This document shows, piece after piece, positions 1 to 13,693 of a stretch of DNA of 64,000 nt. Source of the DNA: the human T2T-CHM13v2.0 reference genome, Homo sapiens. The stretch is taken from the NCBI RefSeq assembly GCF_009914755.1, contig NC_060931.1; one strand, written 5' to 3'. The number at the start of each line of letters is the position of its first letter. The first letter of the stretch is position 1. The notes under the pieces are model-generated. The model saw only the letters and a list, made by a program, of their open reading frames with translations. It was not told the origin of the DNA and searched no databases. The position numbers and the translations under genes are program-made.

Positions 1-269
1 CAAGAGTCACCTTTATGCCAGTTCCCAAGAAGTTCCTCATCTCCATCTGAGACCACCTCAACCTGGACTTCATTGTCCATATCACTATCCGCATTTTGGT
101 CACAGCCATTCAACGAGTCTCTAGGAAGTTCCAAACTTTCTCACATTTTCCTGTCTTCTTCTGAGCTCTCCAAACTGTTCCAAGCTCTGCCTGTTACTGA
201 ATTCCAAAGTCACTTCCACATTTTCAGGTATCATTACAGCAGCACTCCTCTCTACTGGTACCAATTTAC
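1..269 (-). mobile_element. THE1-int (MaLR internal region, 5' part), continuing beyond the left window edge
   Basis: Minus strand reads GTAAATTGGTACCAGTAGAG...GAAAATGTGGAAGTGACTTTGGAA..., the start of THE1 internal sequence, directly after the LTR end. Confidence 0.9.
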
Positions 270-633
270 TGTATTAGTCTGTTCTCACATTGCTAAAAAA
301 GACATACCTGAGACTAGGTAATTTATAAAGGAAAGATGTTTAATGGACTCACAGTTCAGCATGGCTGGGGAAGTCTCACAATCATGGTGGAAGGCAAAGG
401 AGAAGCAAAGTCATGTCTTACATGGTTGCAGGCAAGAGAACGTTTGCAGGGAAATTTCCCTTTATAAAACCATCATATCTTGTGAGACCTAGTCACTATC
501 ATGAAAATAGCATGGGAAAGACCTATCCCCGTGAGTCAATTACCTCCCACCAGGTCCCTGTCAGGACACTTGGGAATTATGGGAGCTACAATTCAAGATG
601 ATATTTGGGTGGGAACACAGCCAAACCATATCA
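270..633 (-). mobile_element. THE1 (THE1B/C-like) MaLR 5' LTR
   Basis: Minus strand TGATATGGTTTGGCTGTGTTCCCACCCAAAT...GAGAACAGACTAATACA; TG..CA termini; 364 bp. Confidence 0.92.
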
Positions 634-2580
634 CCAACTGTATCTAAATTCTAATGTTAAACAAGAAAATTGTAAAATATAGGCTAATCTTTGCTTTTTA
701 TCCATACACTAATGAGCTTTATTTATGTGGAAATAATAACAAAGTTATTTTATGCTGCTAAAACTAACTTATTTGAAGTTCATGATATTTTATCCTTTAA
801 TGATTCTAAAATATGCTTGCAACCACAATCTGCTGTCTTTTCTGAGACAATGTTTTCTATATATAAGAAGTAGCAAAATGTAGTAAGAAAATGACAGAAC
901 TGGGTCTGGAGACCTGAATTCTAGTCCTAAATACACTGCTGGTCACTTCTCCAATCTGGGGTTTCCATTTGTAAAATTATATTCCACAGATATTGAAATA
1001 TTTAAATACTAATCTGTGAATGTTTGTTTCTGAACCTCACTTTGTCACTTTAAAACAAAATTATGTAATTATTTTACAATAAAGAATATGGGAGAATTAA
1101 TTCTCCAGCTTTGTCATTTTATTCTTTCTTCTCTAAAACAGATGCTGCAAGTATTACCAAGTGTCTTCAGCCTTGGAAAGATAAAACTTCCTTTGCTTGC
1201 TGCAGTATTTATGTATACAATTGATTCATTAAACAAGGGATGCATTTTTAAGAATGGCTTGATTTTCTTTGGAAAAAACGGTTTGCACTAAAAACATTAA
1301 ATCAGGTGCAGTTTATGTGCCAATGAACCAAGGAACAGCAGACAGTAAATAAAGTTGAGAATACTGCACATTCAAACAGAAAGAAAATGAGAAGAGGAAA
1401 CTGCACCAGTATTGAACTAACATGGAGGGCATAAACTAAACAGTGACTGACACAGTTTAAAATTGCTTTCATTCTTTCTCAACACTTTTCACTCAGTGGC
1501 TTCTTTACAGCTTTCAATTAACCTGCTCCCTCTGCTTCCAATTGCTCTTTCTTACTGCCAATGATATTTAAAAGATACACTAAATTATAGATTCAGAAAT
1601 GTTTGGAAAAGACTCTGTTAATAGTTTTGCTATCCTCAGATGGCTTTAAAATTTTGAAGGGTGCAAACTGCTAAACTAAGAACAATATTGGTGTCAGGAT
1701 TCTTGGAGACCAGAACAGTCAATCCCAGGGTGACCAGCCAGCCCAGCAGATACTGAGATACTGACTGCACTCCTGCCAATGGAAGACCATCCAGGCACAA
1801 CCTCCTGAAGCCTTGGCCCTTTGCCTACAACGCACGCCTCAGAATGATGTCCGCATTTGAAAAGGATTTGTATTTACCACATCATTTATCATTATATTTG
1901 AACTTTTTAACATGTACTCTGGAAACATGTAAGTCAAACTCCCTTCATGACCACTTCCATCATGATGGTGTGAATCTCATGCCTATTATAAAGAGATCCA
2001 TCATCCATGGCAGTCTACTGCTCCTGCACCTCTAGACTGGAATTGACTTGCCATGTGAGTTGTCTTGGTCTCTTTGTTTTTACAAAGTTTGACTTCTGCT
2101 TCCCCAACCTTTAGAATGCTGTAATAACAAGAAGTTTGCATATGCATATGGAATGCTCATGCACAATTACATTTGAGTGCACAGTGAGTAATGTGGTATA
2201 TTAACCAACAGTGCTTAACCTTAAAAGACATTTGACAGAGAATCACCCACACTTTTCAATGAAATTAAAATGAACAGTTAGAAATAACACTTCCATGGAA
2301 TTACCTTATTTATTTTAGGAGCAAAATGGAATGAAATGAATTAGAGACTCTTACACAGGCGTTAGTTCATGTTTGTCATAACAGCAAACAGAGCCATTGG
2401 CATATGTATACCAATAACTACAATGAGAGGTAGAAAGAAATGAGCACCAGCCAAGCACATGGGAGTTTTGAGTGGAGGATTAGTTACAGTTCAGAAGATC
2501 CCAAAATGTTTTGTTGATTGTCATCATTTAAGGTAAGCCCAAGACTATAGGGAAAAATTATATACAGAGAGTCAGAGGGA

Positions 2581-2595
2581 AAGGAGGGAGGGAGG

Positions 2596-2627
<32 letters not shown>

Positions 2628-2643
2628 AAGAGAAAGAGAGAGA
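2581..2643. repeat. (GGGA)n/(GA)n polypurine microsatellite
   Basis: Direct reading. Confidence 0.95.
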
Positions 2644-3845
2644 ATTGTGGGACCTAGAGATAATTACAGGATAGCTGCTTCTAGAGAAACCAGAAGAGAA
2701 GACATGGCATGTATAGAAAACTATAAATAGTTCAGCAGTCTAGATAATACTAATATATTTTTATGTACTGTCAAATATAAGTATATATTCACATAGAAAG
2801 AAACATATGCATAAAGAGACATACACCAAGAGTTAACAGGAGGCTTTTGTATTGTCGCACTACTATTGGAAATTTCCCAGTTTCTTTACTTTGTGCACTC
2901 CTAGTACTCTAGGAGGCTTCATTTTATTTCCACTAATGACAGTTTATCTTCAAGTTAGTGTGAAAGCTGCAGGCTATTATCATTGAAACACTGGGTAATA
3001 TTTTTGTACAAATTTTTTTCCCCAGTGAATTTCATTTATTTCCTCATAACCTCTCTGTTTTGAAGATGGTCTCTATTCAGTGTAGGAAAATTTCTCTACT
3101 GGAAAAAAAATGGAAAGATCTGCAATATTATACAGGTTGAAAAGTTTTTCCACTTTCATTTTTCCTAGTGTATGATAGCATAAACTAGCATTTTTTTACG
3201 TTGTAAAGGCAAGAATGATGTAAAAACCAGAAAAGAATTAATGTACGTAAGCTCATTGTTATTATTCCTCATAGCAAATAATATCACAAAAGACAAAACA
3301 AAGGAATTATTTGTAGGAACTTACTAAAGAATGTCTGTTTGCACAAGTTTAAAATTTGCTAAGTCTTCTCATCAAATAAATTTAAACAGCTTACTATGAA
3401 GATTGATAGGTATTTAAACTGACCTTAGAAATCAGGTATATAATTTCTGACTTTTTGGTTTTGTAATTAAGACGTGACAGTGTGACTGAAATTTAAATTC
3501 AAGAAATTAGACCAGCAGCTATACCTTTAAAAGTACCTGTAGATTTTTGTTCCATGATACTATTTTAAAATGTACTCAAAGCTTGCAGGTTTAATTACAG
3601 GATCACTAATTTGTTTCCAGATACAAGAGACTTAAAATTTAAGTATAACTTTAAGCCAATATTTAATCATTCAATTGTTCTTCAAAATATTAATCTTCTC
3701 TGTATTTTTAAGGAAAAATGACTTATCTAGTCTAACAGTATGCTGACTTCATTTCTTTTTTCCAGCATTAAATTACATATAAACCAGTTTTTCAAGCTTT
3801 AAAAATATGGCTCAAATTAAAAGCCGGTTTCTTGAGGTTTTCAGG

Positions 3846-4218
3846 TATATTAGCCCATTTTCACACTGCTATAAAAATACTACCTGAGACTGGATAATTT
3901 ATAAATGAAGAGGTTTAATTGACTCACAGTTCTGCATGGCTGGGTAGGTCGCAGGAAACTTAGAATCATGGTGGAAGGGGAGGGGGAGCAAGGCATGTCT
4001 TACATGGCAGCAGGAGGGAGAGAAGAGGCGGAGCTCCAGGCACTTATCAAACAACCAGATCTCATGAGAACTCACTCACTATCATGAGAACCGCATGGGG
4101 GAAATCACCCCCATGATCCAATCACCTCCCACCAAGTCCCTCCCTACACATGTGGGGATGACAATTCGGATTATAACTTGAGATGAGATTTGGGTGGGCA
4201 CACAGGCAAATCATATCA
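3846..4218 (-). mobile_element. THE1D/MSTA-like MaLR solo LTR
   Basis: Diagnostic plus-strand blocks TGAGACTGGATAATTTATAAA, AGATCTCATGAGAACTCACTCACTATCATGAGAAC and GATGAGATTTGGGTGG...CATATCA. Confidence 0.88.
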
Positions 4219-6245
4219 TCAACTATCACTAATATTCCTGCTTACAATTCAGAAATATACCCCATTTTGGTACAATTTGGAAATATAGGGAAAGTGATAT
4301 ATTCTCTGAGCACTTTTCCCTAAAATGTCAATTATAAATTGAAGATTCAGAAAATGTGTTGATTTTTCCAAAGTTGTGTCAAATAGGTAGATATATGACT
4401 GGAACGATTAACTCAAAAGTGAATGACTTATTCGTTATATTGAAAATAGAAAGCCCAAGTCCCAAAATAAGAGATATATTCTAATTTCTATGTATCCCCC
4501 AGGATTTGTGCCTCCCATTTGTTTAATTGGGTGTTGCTAGTGAAATGGCAGTCTTATTAGCTTTAACGTATTTAAATTTATGTTCCTGACTCATGTGCCT
4601 TGTTTTCAAACCAGTTCAACCATCTACGTTATGGTATCATCTTACATCTTCTATCTTAAATGTTATACAAAGTGTGTAAGATCTCAACTTGTCTTCATCC
4701 TAAGAAAAATTCCTGCAATGTTGTCAAATTTGAAATCCTTTTTCTTATATTCTAGGTTTCAGTTTTTACAGTGCCAATAAGAAGAAAAATGACCCTGGCA
4801 TAGAACTTTTTTTTTTTGTTTTATCATTGGTGCTATATGTGAATTCCAAGGTAGTGTTTTGATGAGGAACATGTTTAGTGAGAATAATTTCATTGATTTC
4901 TTGGCATTTTTATTAGTATATATTGAAGATCCAGAACCATCTATTCTTTCAAGAATTATCTTAATATATCAACATATACTACATTTCCCTAATCTCTACT
5001 CTGTATTCATTTAGTCAACACAACCAAATTCATAATCTTCTTTGTATCTACATTTGTCGATTTTTTCCAAGACCCCTTTATTTTCCACTATCTCCTTCTC
5101 CAAATAATGATGGTTGTAACTGTAAGTTCTTATTCATATCCACCTAATCATCAAGTATTTCTGTTAATTCTCCCTTTAAAACATGCCTAAAAATTATTCC
5201 ATCTCTGTTACTTGTTGGGGACACAATAACCTCTTAGAGATAGAATCCAGCAAATGGAGTGGATGTCATTTTTTTCTTGAAATATCAATCTAAATTTTAG
5301 TAGAGAAATAGCAGATATAATTGTTTACTTGAAATCAATATAATGCACTAATCCAAGATGCCAGGGACTAAGAACTTGAGACAGTTCAACAGGCTGAGTC
5401 ATAGGAATGGGCCTGTAGGGATGGGTAGAACAGAAGATTGCACAGGGCAGGACAGAGGAACAAATGAGATAGGAAGGAATAAGAAGGAAAGATAGAGATC
5501 AAGGTGGGAGTACCTACTATAACATACAGAGAATGAAAAATAAGATCAGTTACCACAGGAGTTAAATAATTAAGGTTGTAATTTTATCACTGCACATGAC
5601 TGGAAGGAAAATATCCTGTTTTGTCCCTTTTTACTTGTATACAAATGTTTCAGCTGTAATAATTTACTGTGGCCATAAAAATAAATGTTCCATTTGAAAA
5701 CACTTTACCCCCACCTTTTAAAGGGTGTCGACTTCATTCAGGTCAATAGAGAAATTAGAGAGGGTAGAAGGAAAAAATTGAAGATGTGAAAGGTGATGTA
5801 GAATCAATGTGACAATGTAATTCATTTACCTTTTAATAAAAATTACACACAACTTCTCATTGCTTTTCTTTTCTTAAAGATCATGAGCTGAAATTTTAAT
5901 ATTTCTGTTTCTATGCTTGAAAAACAGTCTTTCTCCCTTGCCCCTACCATAAGCAGTGGCTAGCTAAAATAAACTAATCCAAAAAGTTTCAGTTCTTTCC
6001 TCAAAAAATCCCATTCAATGAAGTCCGAAAATTAGTTCTAAGGATATCTCAATTTATGAGTGACAGCTTCTGGTAGTGTGAAGAAGTAGAATCTGTCTAA
6101 AATATTCACATGATAACTGTTTTCTTTTTCCAAGACTAGAGCCATTATAAGCTGAAATATAGGTAGAGCCAGGTGCTTCACAACAATGTTTCAGTGATGG
6201 ACCACTTCCACATACACAAGGATGGTCTCATAAAATTATAATACT

Positions 6246-6591
<346 letters not shown>

Positions 6592-7670
6592 TTACTATGC
6601 TTTCCTTTGTTTCTATGTTTTTAGATACACTAATGCTTACCATTGTGTTACAATTCTCTACAGTATCCAGGAGAGTAACATGTACCAATGTATAGCCTAG
6701 GAGAAATAGGACATGCCATATAGCCTAGGTGTCTAGTAGATTATGCCATCTAGGATTGCGCAAATGCACTCTGCGATGTTTATATCATGGAATCCCCTGG
6801 AGGACACATTTCTTAAAATGCAGCCCATTTTTAAGTAACACATGACTCTGTATTCCATCTTCTAACCCTTCTGCTTCTGGAAAAGCACAGACTTCAGGCC
6901 AATACTGAGTATGGCCTCTGAACAGAACCAAAAGAGATGTTGCAGGGTAAAAAGGAGTTAATGAAAAGTTTTTTGTTTGTTTGTTTGTAGCCTGGATAAT
7001 TTGGGTTAAGATAATGTTTCAACAGGAACAGACCCTGAATTACTGAATCCAAAAGGGATGTCTTGGGTTGTTTCTCACGAGTGGTCATCAGATTTGTATT
7101 TCTGCAAAATGAGATTTTCCATATTTTTGTTAGACTTCAGCCAAAACTTTTGCTGTGTAGAAAGGGGAATGCAATTTTTCTTATGGTATCAATGAGTGAG
7201 AACATACAAATATATAAAACATTAGTGTTAATGAAAAGAAAAAAAAGCTAAAAAGTGTAAAAGTGAATCACCCTGTTAACATTTATCTGAACTTTCTGGG
7301 GGAGAAACCTGATGTCATAGACCACAATTAGAAAGGACTGCACTTAATAGGAACTTTGAGTAATTATATGAAACAGGACAAAATATTTAAAATACTTTTA
7401 AGTATCCTAAAAAAGAAGAAATATCACATTAAAATAACATTCAGAGATGATTATTGGCAGCTCCTAATTGCCAATCCCTCTGCTGGATGTTCAAGATACA
7501 TTAATGCAATATAGACAATAGCCTGAGCCTTACCTTCCACAAGTTTACTGTTTGTTGGATTTTCCAGCATATTTAAAAGTGGAAAATGATAATGCAAAAG
7601 AAGAGGATCAATATATCCTGAAAGAAGAAAAAATTCCAAATGAAACAGAACTTTTTTTTAAATGTCCCAC

Positions 7671-7673
<3 letters not shown>

Positions 7674-7709
<36 letters not shown>
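7674..7709. repeat. (TG)18 microsatellite
   Basis: Direct reading. Confidence 0.97.
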
Positions 7710-7712
<3 letters not shown>

Positions 7713-8639
7713 CAGAAAAAAATATTTATTAAGGAAGAACTGAAAATTGACATATTGCTTCAATTACATTGTGTTTGGAATCATACATAATTTTTCTTTA
7801 GTTAATACTTTGTGAAATATATTTAAATATACTCCTGAATTTAACTGGTCACAAATCACTTTGTCAACTTCATAATATGCCAAGTTAGAGAAACACACAA
7901 TAAAATAACATCTTTGGACAGTCGGTCTTCTTTAGAGCAATTGTAGTAAGGTTAGTGATACAGCAACAACACAAAACAACAAAAAACCAAATCAAATCGA
8001 CAAAAAAGTCACTTTTGCTTTCACATTTTCCACATAGTAGGGCCTTAGGGATGACAATCCTGATGGTGGTGAGTGAGATTCTCATTTGTATATAAAACAT
8101 ATTGTCTTCATTTATACTGCATCCTTATCTGTGCTTGTCTGGAGAAGCTGCTAATGGAGATTATCAGGGGCTCACATCACATCATGCCACCTTTTTGAGT
8201 TGCCACAGTTGAGTTGCCATAGGCAAATTGGTATATTTTCATGCCACATAGCTACATGAAAATACACCAGTAACAGTGTAGAAGAGTTTTTTACTGGTCT
8301 CTATTCATAACCTACATTATCTGATTTCAGCCAAGATATTTTTTTAACTGATGGCTAAATGTTATTGAAAATTAAATCTCCTCTTAAGGATAAAACTAGA
8401 TCAGTCGTCTCTTGAGTGAATTTCTCAGATTTAGTTGTAGAAAATATCATATGTATCTAATTCTAATTTGAATGTTAAAAATGTTAAAAAACTTAATGCC
8501 TGTGTATAAAGAGCCATTAAAAAGAAAATCTCGCCTTGACTCAGCCATTACACTTCCGGCAATCCAAACTATATAGAAACCTATGCCCCCAGAATTTATT
8601 GTTGTATGTTTAAGACAATTAATTTAAATAGCCAAAATA

Positions 8640-8960
8640 TTTAAAAATGGTGAACAACTGCACAGAATATAAAATGTCTACTAGATGAAATGCTACTAGA
8701 TACACTGTTATGTAGCTATTAAAATTGCATTCATAAAATATTTATAATAATATACAAATTAAATCTGTCATGGTTAATTCTATTATCATATAAAACTGCA
8801 TAAAAATAATGAGTTCAACTATGATTACAGAAAATGTACATTATAGAGGCAGAAATAATTACATCAAAATATTGACAACAGTTGTCTTTGGTAGTGGGAA
8901 TTTGAATCCATTATCTTTTCCTATTTTTTTGTACTTCATACAATAAGCATATTTTGATGT
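8640..8960 (+). mobile_element. Ancient L1M (L1ME/MC-like) 3' fragment
   Basis: Degenerate 3'-UTR-type blocks (TATGTAGCTATTAAAA; CAAAATATTGACAACAGTTGTCTTTGGTAGTGGGAATT). Confidence 0.45.
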
Positions 8961-9080
8961 GTAAATACATAAACATCTTAACTATTTTGTAAATCCTGTT
9001 CTCTGATACACTTTAGAGCTACAAGCCTTTGGTTAGTTTCTGCAAAAGTTTTTTGTTCTGTGTTGCTTTGTTTTCGTCTC

Positions 9081-9910
9081 TATAAAAGAACAAACTTTTC
9101 TCTATGCTCTTACATCACAACAATCAACACAGAAGGTTTTTGTGACCAAGTGAGCTTGGGTTTTCCCACACACATCAAGCAAGCAATCAATTCTGCAGCA
9201 GACACAGGTTGAGTGTCCTCTAATTCAGTTCAATTCTAACACTATCCATCTGGAGTTAGCATCAGATCCCAGGGTGAGGACTCAGTTTTCAAGAATGCCC
9301 CCTCCCACCACTTCAGAAGTCAACAGAAAGGTCTGCCTCTTTCTGATGGACAAGCTACAAATCATTCCTACAAACCCTTCCTTTGGGTTCAGTTAATTTA
9401 TTAGAGCTGCTTACAGAACTCAGGGAAACATGCTTACTTGTTTATCACAAAGGAAGTTACAATGGATATTGGTGAACACCAGATGAAGAGATGGGCAGGG
9501 AAGGGGATGAGTGTGGCAGTGTACAGCTTCCATGACCTCTCCAGGACCCTCCAGAAGCCCCCAAGTGTTCGAATATCCGGAAGCTCTTTGAACACTTCTT
9601 TTTGGGTTCTTACAGAGTTTTCATTACAAAGGCATGATTGACTAAATCACTGGCCATTGCTGATCACCTTAACCTTCATCCTCTTTCTCCTCTCCTGGGG
9701 GTGGGTTGGGGCAGAAAGTCCCAACCCTCTAATCCTGCCTTGGTTTTTCTGGTTAATAGCCCCATCCTGAAGCTACCTAGGGACTGCCAGCCCTCAGTCT
9801 ACTAGTCAACTCAGTAGCATACAGAATTTATTACTTTGAAGATTCCAAGGATTTTAGGAATCATATGCCAAAAACTGGGGATGAAGAACAAATATATATA
9901 TAATATCACA
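9081..9910 (-). mobile_element. MER21-family solo LTR
   Basis: Minus strand TGTGATATT...ATATATTTGTTCTTCATCCCC...GGCTGGCAGTCCCTAGGTAGCTTCAGGATGGGGCT...AGGCAGGATTAGAGGGTTGGGACTTTC matches the MER21 consensus. Confidence 0.85.
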
Positions 9911-12900
9911 CACCAAATTCTGAAATTGAAAATAACCAACCCTGCTTATGAAAGCATAGTTGTGATTTTTTGGGGGGAATCCTTTAATTCGTAAATTATA
10001 TACTGTACCTTTACTACATATATGACTTTTCAATTATTTAATAAATTATTGATGGCATCATAGCATTAGTTTTAATATATTCATGTTGACTTGCTATCAA
10101 CTCAAGGACTTCCTTTCAGCTAAATAAAATATATCCATGGGGAAAATTCTTGTAAAACTTTGTTTTATGCACTATTTTATTTACATCTCAGAGATCTAAA
10201 TTATCTATTCTAAGATTAATTGGGCCAACAATATCTTAAGAAAAGAAATGACAGACTCTAAATTGGAAATTAAATATCAGTCCACTAATTAGTTAATAGA
10301 TCTTTTAATACTGTCTCTAAGTGATCAAAATGTTCTGTGCTTCTGCTGACTTCTAGCACTGAAACTTGTTCTTAAAACCTGTAATCAGAGGAAAGAGTAT
10401 AATGGGAATTGTAATAGGTATACCTTTTTTTATTAGCTATTCTCTGATATGCACTGATATGGATGCTTTGCATATGTCACAATTATGAGTAAATATACAT
10501 TATATCTCTTCTGAAGTAGATATTTACATGCCTAGTTTACAAACAGAAACAACAGTAGAAAGGTTATGAAAATTGCCCAAATTCCAAAACCCAGAAAACT
10601 GACAGATTATCTTTGTATGGAGTCTCTCTCATGCCAGTCGTTTGTTGGTGGTGGTTTAATGTGGTCGTGGATCATATAGTAAATACTTTTCAAATGTTTC
10701 AACCATAGAGTTAAAACATCTTAGATATTTAAACTACATTTATAATTCATATTAAAAATATCAGCTCATAATTTTGTCATCCCCCAGTGTTTTTACAACT
10801 GATTATTGTATATAACTAATGGCCCCACCCTTCAGCAAAATGTCTTTAATATTTTAATATTCCTATTTTTACCATGCAATGGGACAGGCAATGTAAGGAG
10901 TGCCATATTTTCAAATTGAAGCCAGACATGGGAACATTACATAAAATGTATAAAATATACTTCCCTAAAAGAAAACGAACTCTCCAAGAGATAAAATAAG
11001 GAAATATACTGAGGCATTGACAGTAATTTGCCTTCACAGTGTCCTCCATAACTGGAGACTTAAGAAATATGAGTGAAGATATATGTCAGTAAATTGTAGG
11101 CAAGTAAGCAAGTGTTTTAATTATCTTCCTGTGATTTTCTGTCTAAATATGAAGATATCTAGAATCCCTTTCTCTATTCCAAGAACACATTTATTATTGT
11201 TCACTGACAGCATAAGTTTCTCCCTACCATCACATTTATTATTGTTTAATTAAACAGAGACAAGTCAAGTGGTTCAGAAAGAAACCAAGTAAATGAATCC
11301 CCATCAGTCTTTACATAATTAATGATATTCTCTGTAGACTGCACAATTTATTAAATTGCTGAGCAGAACCACTTCAGATACACATATTTATGTATTCTGA
11401 GTCAAAGACTATTCTAGAAACTGTAGAACATTGGAAACTAAAATAAGTCAGTGGATTTTTTTTAAAAATGTGTAAGTATGACAAAATTTAGGAGAGTAAG
11501 AACTATTAATAGTGCCCCATTACTTCTTTTTTCATTTTCAGAACCTTTAATGTAGTGCTATAGCAATTTTGAAAGTAAAATCACTTAAGAAAAATAATAT
11601 GAAAAATTAAGATATTGGAAATAAAGTATATAATAAAAAAGTACTGATTTCTAGGGAAAAATAAATAATTCCCCACACTCAGACCAGATACTTTTCTCCC
11701 TATGGAGTAAATTACAAGTGAAATTTTACATTTGAATGAATCCGGCCATAGGATATATATTGTAATTATTAAAAGTCTAACATAGCAACTTGAATGTTTC
11801 AAGAGACTTGCTATTTTATATTTAATATGAGTGAAAATATGTTTTAGGAATATGTTTTTTGTTCCTTAAGATTAAGTTTTGTATACAGAGTCATAGACAG
11901 AAGTTTTATTCTTTCTGTCTCTGGGAGAGCACAGCAGTAATGATTCTCTATGAGGCTACCAACATAGCAAAATTAACCAGGAAAAAGCAGGCTCCTATGC
12001 AGAGCCTATTAATAAAGAAGGTAATGACCTCTAAGCATTTTATTTGTGTTTCGTTTAGGCAGAATTCTGTTTTGTCGTATTTTACACATTATTCACAATA
12101 CTGTTTTTCAAGGACATATCACAGACTAAAATCACTGACCCAGATGACAAAAATTATAACATAAGTTTGTATTGTGAATGTCAATCATAGCTGTTAAAAC
12201 TAATGTATGCTGTTAAAGAAAGAGTGTGTTGAACCATTCCAGCAAAATTTTTAGTGGGAAAATCCATTAAATAATTCAGGAGAAATTGTAATAATTAATC
12301 ATTGGCCTTGAATAAATTGCTAGAAGAAAACAACATACTATGTTGTGCTTAATGAAACATATACGTGAAATTATTTTCAATTTCTGAAACGTATCATTTC
12401 AAATATAATGAGAATTCTTTCATTCATGAGTCATAGATAATATCAAAGCTGTCTTGGATGCTGTTAGGACACAGTATTTCTGGGATACTATTAATCAAAC
12501 TGAAGAAAGTAAAAATAGGTTTATAAAGTAGTCTAGACCCAAAAGGGAGGATAGACATTAATTTCTTGTGTGATATATTGGATACATTAATATACAATGC
12601 ATCTTTAGTACTTGACCTTAAGTGTCAAGAATATAATGCACCATTTCTCTTTTATAAGCAGTACTTTAAAGAGGTGTTTCTGGTCAACATTATTTTGTAC
12701 TGCAAGGTTAAAATGATGAAATGCATAAAAACATGAAATACACAACTTATTAAAATGCAATTCACCAGTCCATGTTCAGGTGTTTCTTTAATGTCAGACC
12801 TCAACAACAACACTTTCAGATAAAAATTAATCATCAACATGATGCTGTATGGTAATGGCATGAATTTTATTTCCATTTAAATGTTTACATTTCTCTCAAA

Positions 12901-13670
12901 TCACCAAATTAATAGTACCTTTAAGTCTACAATCAAAATACATATTTAGATTTGTTTCTTTTATGCTATTTTTGCAGCAATTTTTATTGATAGAGTATGT
13001 GGGTCCTTAGCTAACACCAAGTATTCATTGGTAATGATATCAAGGTAAGAGCTCTCAAAAAACAACATTGGCCTCAAATATTCACCCAAAACCTAGCTGT
13101 ATGATTACTGCTTGACCAAGTGCCTTTGACAAAATCTATCTAAAAAAAATCAGACCTTACCTCCCTTTTCCAGTGGAGCCTTTTAAGGTATTCACAGCTT
13201 TCATTCTAATTTATTGTGACCCCATATATCTACAAGTGTAATTGGACTCTTAAAGTTTTTAGACCAATCCACCACTAGTAGCATAGTAGAATGTATCATG
13301 CGGTACCGTGAAAAATAATGGGAACTGAAATAAGAAAGACATTCATTTATATCCTGTCTAAATCAATTACTCTCTTGGAGACTTGGTTTTCTTTAATGGG
13401 GATTAAAATGCTTTCCATTCAAGATGTACTGAGTTTAAAATAAGCATCATACAAATAATATCTTGGTGTATGGTAGGTTTCCATAAATTTTATCTAGCTT
13501 CCTTCAAATAACATTATACAAATAACATACTACATTCCTACTAGATTTCCATCAGTTTTAGTTGAATCCTTTCAATCTCCTTCTTTTCATTTATCAATCA
13601 TAACAATGTGTTAGACAACAGAAATTTTTTTTAGTTACAAAATACTTTCTTCAAACAGAACAGGACCGTG

Positions 13671-13693
13671 TTTTTTTTTTTTTTTTTTTTTTT
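13671..13693. repeat. poly(T) tract, about 23 nt
   Basis: Direct reading. Confidence 0.95.

Noticed and set aside
11520-11580. Acceptor TTCTTTTTTCATTTTCAG
   Set aside because: All frames close within 25 nt and the donor is poor.
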